NCBI RefSeq assembly: GCF_052425735.1
Contig: NC_135763.1
Coordinates: 14,632,001-14,696,000, forward strand
Source: Oculina patagonica
Lineage: Eukaryota
Direction of reading: 5' to 3'
DNA length: 64,000 bases
Position 1 is the first letter of the stretch. Each line of letters begins with the position of its first letter. Positions 57,401 through 64,000 of this stretch are shown piece by piece. The notes under the pieces are model-generated. The model saw nothing but the letters and a program-made list of their open reading frames with translations, had not been told where the DNA came from and did no database searches. The translations under genes were made by a program, and so were the position numbers.

Positions 57401-60400
57401 CGATGCAATCGATTTTTTTTCATATTGTTTTGTTTTAAATTGTTTGTTTTGATTGCTTTTGGGATCGAAAACCAGGCAGCTAAGCTAGTATAGCTAGCGG
57501 ATCTGGATTCTCAATTTTATTGGTCATGATAAAGGGGCTTTGTCAAGGATTTTAACAGATATATGAAAAGCCAAAATTTATATTTATGTCGTAGGAAAAC
57601 TTACAATAAAAGTCCATTTTCATTAAAAATTGCTACATTAGAGCACTGAAACTGTTAACAAGCGTCTTTGGCTGCAGATAGCTAGGATGGAAATGGATTC
57701 CAACTTGAAAAATTGAGGCTAAACCGTTTAACTTGTTCCGCGCGACATAAAAAAAAATCGATATTTATAGCCGAAGTTTTATTTCTATCCACAAAATAAG
57801 GTTAATATATCTTCCTTTAGATATTCAAAGATAATGTTTTTTATGGGTTTAGTTGCCTACCACTAATTTCAAAACAGTTTAGACCAAAAATCTATTAACT
57901 GTTTTAACTGTTTTTTTTTTCTAGGTGCCTCAGGAACTGTGCGAATCGACGAATCAGGAGATCGTGATCCTGATTACTCCCTCAAGTATTACGTGAATGG
58001 TAGTTTTCAGAACATCGCCGATTACAATCACTCCACGGGTGGATTCAATTTAAGAGGTAAGTTTTTAGATGTAACGTAAAGGTCCCATTATCGTGGAAGG
58101 CGGGGCGGCCTTTATGGCTAGTGTGTTGGAACAAATTAAAAAAATGCTAGAAGGAATTAGGGTAACCTTGCAATGGACCAGCATCTTATCCCGTGATGAA
58201 AAGGATAGCAATGCTACTCCTCATTACTTTATGTGATATGATGAGCCATCTGGCTCATCAATACCCAGGAATGGAACAGACTTAAACGTAACCACTGAGA
58301 AAATCTTGGGAACAAAGTTGTCGACCATTTAGAAATTGGCTGGAATTCTTTGTATTTGAAAACGGCCATTTTAGTTATACTATCTGTAAAAGGCTAAGTT
58401 TTTCCGGCGAGCCAATGAAATTCAAAGCAAGCGTGGCAAGGGGAGCTAATTACCTACATTAGAGCGATTTTTGATTGAGTGTCGTAAAATTAAAACCAAA
58501 GTAATCATTCTGGCCCTTCACAAAGGACACAGACAATCCAGTGAACCGGCACGAAGTTTGAGAAAACTGGCGCGAGTGATTGGTTTTGGTTTTACTTCCG
58601 ATTGGCGGAGAACGTGGCGCAAGTTTTTTAAACCAATCACTATGTGAAGTAAAGCAAAACAAAGCAAACGCGAATTATTTCCGGCATTCAAGTGAAAATC
58701 GTTCTGAAAAAATAACTTTATACTTTGCTTGACAGATGTCAGAGTGATTTGGGCCGGAGGTCGTACAAATCCTCCACTTGACAAACCGAAGTGTGGATGG
58801 GAGAATGAGTTGTGTATAGAACAAGACAGACACGGTAAGAAAGTGGGATCTTACATACGCGACAACTCTTCTTGCGAGATTTACAAGTCTATGCTAAAAC
58901 CCCGGGCTAAAACTGGCTTTATGACATTCTCCGAATATACATTAAAAGAGATGTACGCGTTGGCCTTAGTGCTGTGGACTCTGAATCGAGTAACCCAGAT
59001 TTGGCCCTGGCAGAGGGCGCTGTGTTGTGTTCATGGGCTAGATACTTTACTCTCACACATAGGCGGCGGAGTAAGGGGGTGCAGGGGCGGCTGTAGCCCC
59101 CTCGTCCTCCTCCAAAACAAAAGTTGGTGGGGAAGGGGGCTCAGCCTCTCACATTTCAGTGTCAAAAGTATCGCTTGCGCGGCATAAAATTGGTTTCTTA
59201 ACACACAAATCGTTTTATCAGGATCGTGCTTGGTGGGATAATATGGTGTATGACAGATTGCGAACCTATTCTAAATTACCTTACCACATTACAGTACCAA
59301 ATTACCTCTGGCATTGGCGACTTCAGAGCGCTCATTTTCTGCCCTCCGACGTCAAAAGAACAACCCAAAAAGCACCATGAAGCAAGATCGTCTTTACTGC
59401 CTAGTTATGCATTGTCACAAATCCATTACAGACAAACTGGGGGTATGCGCTTGGCTTGGAGTACGATGGGCACCCACCAAAATGGTTTCGCACAAATCGC
59501 GGGGGAGTTTAAAACATAAAAACAATACACTCGGAAAAAACAACGTAAATATAAGATTTGGCCAACCACTGACCGTTGTAATCTTGGTTGTAATGAACAA
59601 GTTTAAGGATTTTAGGGCCCAGATACAGTGGAACCTCGATATAACGAAGGGCCAAGGGTCTGGCAAAATGTGTTCGCTATATCGAGGTTCTTTTTCATAT
59701 ATTTTGCTATTACTGGGACGAAAAATATCGTTCGTTATATCGAGGACTTCGTTGTATAGAGGTTTGTTAAATCGAGGTTCCACTGTAGGCACCCTGGCGA
59801 CAGCTGGCTGGGGGTCACCCCTGCGATCGGCTATCATTACATCTAGCTAGGGGGAGGGGGGGGGGGAGGAGAAGAGTTCTTGCTAGAGTTGCTTCTTGTC
59901 ACTAAAACTGGGGAAAAGCACCGACCTGATGGGCCAATAGGCTCGAACGCAGAATTTGTTTAACCTTTTAAATTAAGAATAGTAGAAAATGGACCTCTCA
60001 TTTTAATGGAATACCATGACTTTTTTATTTCATTCTAGCCACTATTCAATTAGTCAAGGTCGTGATTGGGGCGTCCACCGCTGGTGTTTTTGTGTTGGCA
60101 TTTATGTTTTTTCTCATCATCAGGTAAATAATTTTCTTATAGCATGAAACCTTGTGCGGTTTTTACTTTGCAACATGGTTATTATGATTCATTTACATAG
60201 GATGAGCAATCATCCCCGTCTCTTTTATAAGGAAGTCTCTGCGCTGGGCTGCTCTCCTCGTTCTCTTACAAACCGAATCCCTGTTATCTATCTTACTTAG
60301 CGAAATTTTCTGTTTAAAACAGCGATGAGAAATGTAAAGGACAAATGATGTTATTAACTTGTTAATTTACAGGAAGCTTCGCTACGAGACAGATCTGGCA

Positions 60401-62596
60401 CAGAACAAGTCTTGGAAGCTCCGTTATGAAGACCTGCACATTCAGGACTCTGCTGGAACAGAACCGACGGAAACTCAATCGTTGGGACTGCCGACTTTCA
60501 AGCGAGAAAAGAGGACGCCATTCGCAGCTCGTCAAATTGCAGTAACGTTCTATATTCGTTACTCTGTGTTTTAATGAAGCTAGTTAGGGTCTTCTTTCAG
60601 TGTTCCATGTAGAGATCTTTATCGAGCTCCGGAGATACACTATTTTTGTTCGTTGCATTTGAAAAGTTGTTACTGTTATCATTTATTGACGGCGCGGTGG
60701 ACCCTGGGTCGAGCGCTCCAGGATGGAGGGCTGACCGGGATTTCACCGCGGTGAAACGTCTTAGCAACCTCGTTCCTTCGTCTTGGTTTCAAAAAACTCT
60801 TGTCTCCATTGTGTCACGGATTTTAGGCAAATTTAGGCATGAGAAATGAGCATCAAATTCGGTGAAATATAAAAATAAGTTCTCCAAACAGTGAAGGAAC
60901 ATTTCCATAACGCAACAAAGACAAAAGTAGGTACAGATTGCCAAAAGTGACAAAGATTGAAACGGATTGCGATATGGATTTCTGAAATGTTGTTGGGTTG
61001 AACAGTTTTCAAAGTTAATCTCGTTTGCTTGTAACCTTAAATTATAATAACCAGGAGACAAATTTGGCTGCAATGAAGCTATGGTTTTGTCACTTATCCA
61101 GATAAGTAATTTCTTTTTAAAAAAGAAATTTCAGAGCTAGTTTCGGTAAAACTTAATAAAGTAAACTTTTAAGTTAAAACTCAGCCGTGACACAGTCCCT
61201 TATGTCTTACAGCATACTGAAAACAATAAAGAGTTGAATGTAGACTCGATCAAAGTGAAGACTTTCAACGGTCCTCTGAATCACGATGAGCCCTCACCAG
61301 GAACCTCCAACTCGACAGCAAACCCGGAGCAAATCTTCACAACCATTGGAAACTACCAAGTAAGACATAGCTTAATTACGCTTATCTGGAGCTGGAAAGT
61401 GTAAACTACGAGCCGTCCCGGCTCTTTTCTTCTATCTCCTACCTCACTGATCGAGACGCGAGACGCGAGACGCGAGACGCGAGACGCGAGACGCGAGACG
61501 CGAGAGTAACACTGAAGAGATAAAATGAGAAGTCAGCCTGCAAATGACAGCCTGTCATACATAACACAAAATTAATTGGCTTGTCTACTTCATCTTTGCT
61601 AACTGAGTGACACAGGATGTTAAACAAATTTGATATTCATTTTCAACGTATTTCACGGTATAGGTGGATCATTGTCTACATTCTATGATTTGATTTGATT
61701 TTTTTATTTGTTTTAGGGTCGAACTGTGGCAATAAAACGCCTGAACAAGAAAAGTGTTCATTTGACTCGAGAAGTACTTATTCAGCTCAAACAGGTACAT
61801 GATACAGCAAAATACCAAAACCACACATCACCGGTTTTAGACATCCCAACTTTTCTCATTAAGGAAGGGGTGTTTCATTCGCCTGATAACTAATCTACGT
61901 ACGTGTTTACAAAGCTCTTCAGTAAATAGTTTTTGACCAATCAGAGTGTGAGTTAGATCAGGTTTATTTCATGACACGACTTTCTTTTTGTGTCAGGTGC
62001 GTGACATAAGCCACGAAAACCTGAATCCGTTCATCGGAGCATGCATCGAGTCACCCAACATTTTGATGGTTTGGTCATACTGCAAAAAGGGAAGCTTGCA
62101 GGTACGTACTCATCAAACTACTTAACTATAACAGTAATGGTTTTGTTTTGTTTCGATTGAAGTTGAATGTTACAAAAACACCAGAACAATGAACTAATCA
62201 GAATATAAAGTAAAACCCGGCGCTAAGCGTGAAAAAACTGGCGCCGTAAACTAAGTTAAACCAAAGCAAATCGAAACTTGTCTTACAGAGCAATTTTTTC
62301 ACGTTAAATCGCTGGTTATATGTTTTTTGTAACGAGTTTTGTTTTGTTTCTTACTTTTCCTGTGCTTACTCTTGATTGGTTCATTGTTTTTTATTCGAGT
62401 TCTGATTGGCTAGCCGTTTTTATTGCTTTGAAGTCTGGTGGTTCCAGTGGGACTATTTTTTTCCAGCAACAAGCACAGGAAAACAGAATATACTGTCTAA
62501 CTTTTTTTTTCTTTCTCCGAATAGGACGTTTTGGCCAACGACGAGTACAAGATTGACTATGGATTCAAATTGTCGATGGCAATCGACATAGCAGCG
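54495..62596 (+). CDS. Receptor-type (membrane) guanylyl cyclase, natriuretic peptide receptor/speract receptor-like; 3' part lies beyond the window
   Basis: Exons 54495-55182 (signal peptide and ANF-receptor domain: KIGVLLP, AIIGDGC, WNLPMISWGC, TFART), 56234-56535, 57193-57328 (AIYDAIYLYAIALNETL), 57925-58056 (GASGTVRIDESGDRDPDY), 58736-58834 (WAGGRTNPPLDKPKCGW), 60039-60123 (transmembrane helix), 60373-60541 (RKLRYETDL..SWK), 61213-61359, 61717-61794 (VAIK), 61997-62101 (HENLNPFIGAC..YCKKGSLQ), 62525-62596 (DVL..FKLSMAIDIA; kinase-homology domain). The cyclase domain is not in the window. Confidence 0.9.
59250..59450 (+). pseudogene. Degenerate hAT transposase fragment (C-terminal dimerisation region)
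   Basis: The ORF at 59314 encodes ATSERSFSALRR..KSTMKQDRL..LVMHCHKSITDKL, matching the hAT dimerisation motif S.ERSFS.LRR.K..LRSTM.QDRL. Confidence 0.7.
59626..59785. mobile_element. pogo/Tigger-like MITE
   Basis: TA|CAGTGGAACCTCGAT ... ATCGAGGTTCCACTG|TA. Confidence 0.85.
61452..61505. repeat. (CGAGACG)n heptamer microsatellite
   Basis: About 7.5 perfect copies in an intron of the guanylyl cyclase gene. Confidence 0.95.
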
Positions 62597-62765
62597 GTAA
62601 AATGTTTCTTCATTTGTTCTTCAAGCCCCTTCTCCTTACCAACCAATAAAAAAAACTAAGTTAAGTGATCTTTTTTGTTCGTCTCTCTTCAATAGTGAAA
62701 GGTGAACTGCCTTAGTCCATTATACTTTGTACACAACAAGAATACTGTATTTTTAAGGCCGTCAC

Positions 62766-62953
62766 AATAGACCATTTAATTTTACTGATAGACCTGATAT
62801 GCGGCCATTTTGAATTCTATTGTCTCAAATAGTTATTATGGGATGTCCAGGGGCAAATACATAGTTTACATTTGCCCACCTGAACATCCAATAATGTCCT
62901 TCAGAACAATAGATATCATAATGGCCGCCGTTAGTATCGATAAAAAGATGTAT
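62766..62953. mobile_element. Palindromic MITE-like element whose right arm seeds the 122-bp array
   Basis: GCGGCCATTTTGAATTCTATTG..TTATGGGATG..GGGCAAAT mirrors ATTTGCCC..CATCCAATAA..CAATAGATATCATAATGGCCGC. Confidence 0.7.
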
Positions 62954-63610
62954 TTCTTTGCGTGGAAGGTAAATTCGAGTCCCAAGTACTCCCTGAAATC
63001 CCTGAACATCCAATAATGACCTTCAGAACAATAGATATCATAATGGCCGCCGTTAGTGTCGATAAAAAGATGTATTTCTTTGCGTGGAAGGTAAATTCGA
63101 GTCCCAAGTACTCCCTGAAATCCCTGAACATCCAATAATGACCTTCAGAACAATAGATATCATAATGGCCGCCGTTAGTATCGATAAAAAGATGTATTTC
63201 TTTGCGTGGAAGGTAAATTCGAGTCCCAAGTACTCCCTGAAATTGCTGAACATCCAATAATGCCCTTCAGAACAATAGATATCATAATGGCCGCCGTTAG
63301 TGTCGATAAAAAGATGTATTTCTTTGCGTGGAAGGTAAATTCGAGTCCCAAGTACTCCCTGAAATTGCTGAACATCCAATAATGCCCTTCAGAACAATAG
63401 ATATCATAATGGCCGCCGTTAGTGTCGATAAAAAGATGTATTTCTTTGCGTGGAAGGTAAATTCGAGTCCCAAGTACTCCCTGAAATCCCTGAACATCCA
63501 ATAATGACCTTCAGAACAATAGATATCATAATGGCCGCCGTTAGTGTCGATAAAAAGATGTATTCCTTTGCGTCGAAGGTAAATTCGAGTCCCAAGTACT
63601 CCCTGAAATT
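62879..63610. repeat. Tandem array of six 122-bp units
   Basis: Unit starts at 62879, 63001, 63123, 63245, 63367 and 63489; copies are near-identical with no spacers. Confidence 0.97.
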
Positions 63611-64000
63611 GCTTTAAATCAGCACAACAGGCCTTCACTTATAGAAAGTAAACCCACTTCCGTAGTGTCACGTGACTGCAACGTAGTCGAATCAAATAAT
63701 ACCAGCGAGACCTATGCGCCTGGATCACATATGATGTATCGCCTTGGATAGTCAGGACCTTACTAAGGGTTTCAATAATTTTTTCTTTTCAAAAACTGAC
63801 GTTTTAATTCTGTTGGTTTTGTATTTCTTTCAGCGAATCAAACAAAAATACAACCAATCGCCCATGCAATTTTCCAAATCCAACTTTCAATCTAATTTGA
63901 TTTTTTTTAAACTTTGTCTTGTCAAACTTAAAATTACGTTAGAGAATTATACCTGTATAAAAGTTCTATTTTCAGTGGTGACGCTAAAAGGCAGTATTCC

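Noticed and set aside
59314-59850. 178-aa ORF as an intact gene
   Set aside because: It is a chance fusion of a decayed hAT fragment and a MITE inside a guanylyl cyclase intron.
62879-63610. Possible CRISPR array or repeated small protein genes
   Set aside because: Units are contiguous and near-identical with no unique spacers; the context is a eukaryotic intron, and the ORFs follow from the 122-bp period.

Overview
AT-rich, intron-rich animal genomic DNA. The repeat landscape resembles a cnidarian, probably a stony coral; this is inferred from recalled repeat families, not from a database search. Four conserved genes are recognisable. URB1/NPA1 (+) runs from upstream of the window to about 36.8 kb. 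CTU1 (-) has 15 coding exons at 37345-46337. An intronless ERCC8/CSA (+, 46538-47746) lies head-to-head with CTU1. A receptor guanylyl cyclase (+) starts at 54495 and runs off the right edge. A 149-aa single-exon orphan ORF (50224-50673) has a well-spaced TATA/Inr promoter. The introns hold many non-autonomous DNA transposons with readable TIRs and TSDs, several of them nested. The most notable non-coding items are: (1) an intact minimal type I hammerhead ribozyme on the antisense strand of a URB1 intron (33956-34002), inside a ~190-bp retrozyme-sized unit; (2) a 4.7-kb TTAA-flanked foldback element with ~1.15-kb inverted arms in another URB1 intron; (3) a 4.6-kb 11-bp-period satellite with higher-order structure; (4) a 6 x 122-bp tandem array derived from one arm of a palindromic MITE; (5) tandem, differently permuted tRNA-like repeats. 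Exon boundaries and alignments were read by eye and may be off by a few bases.
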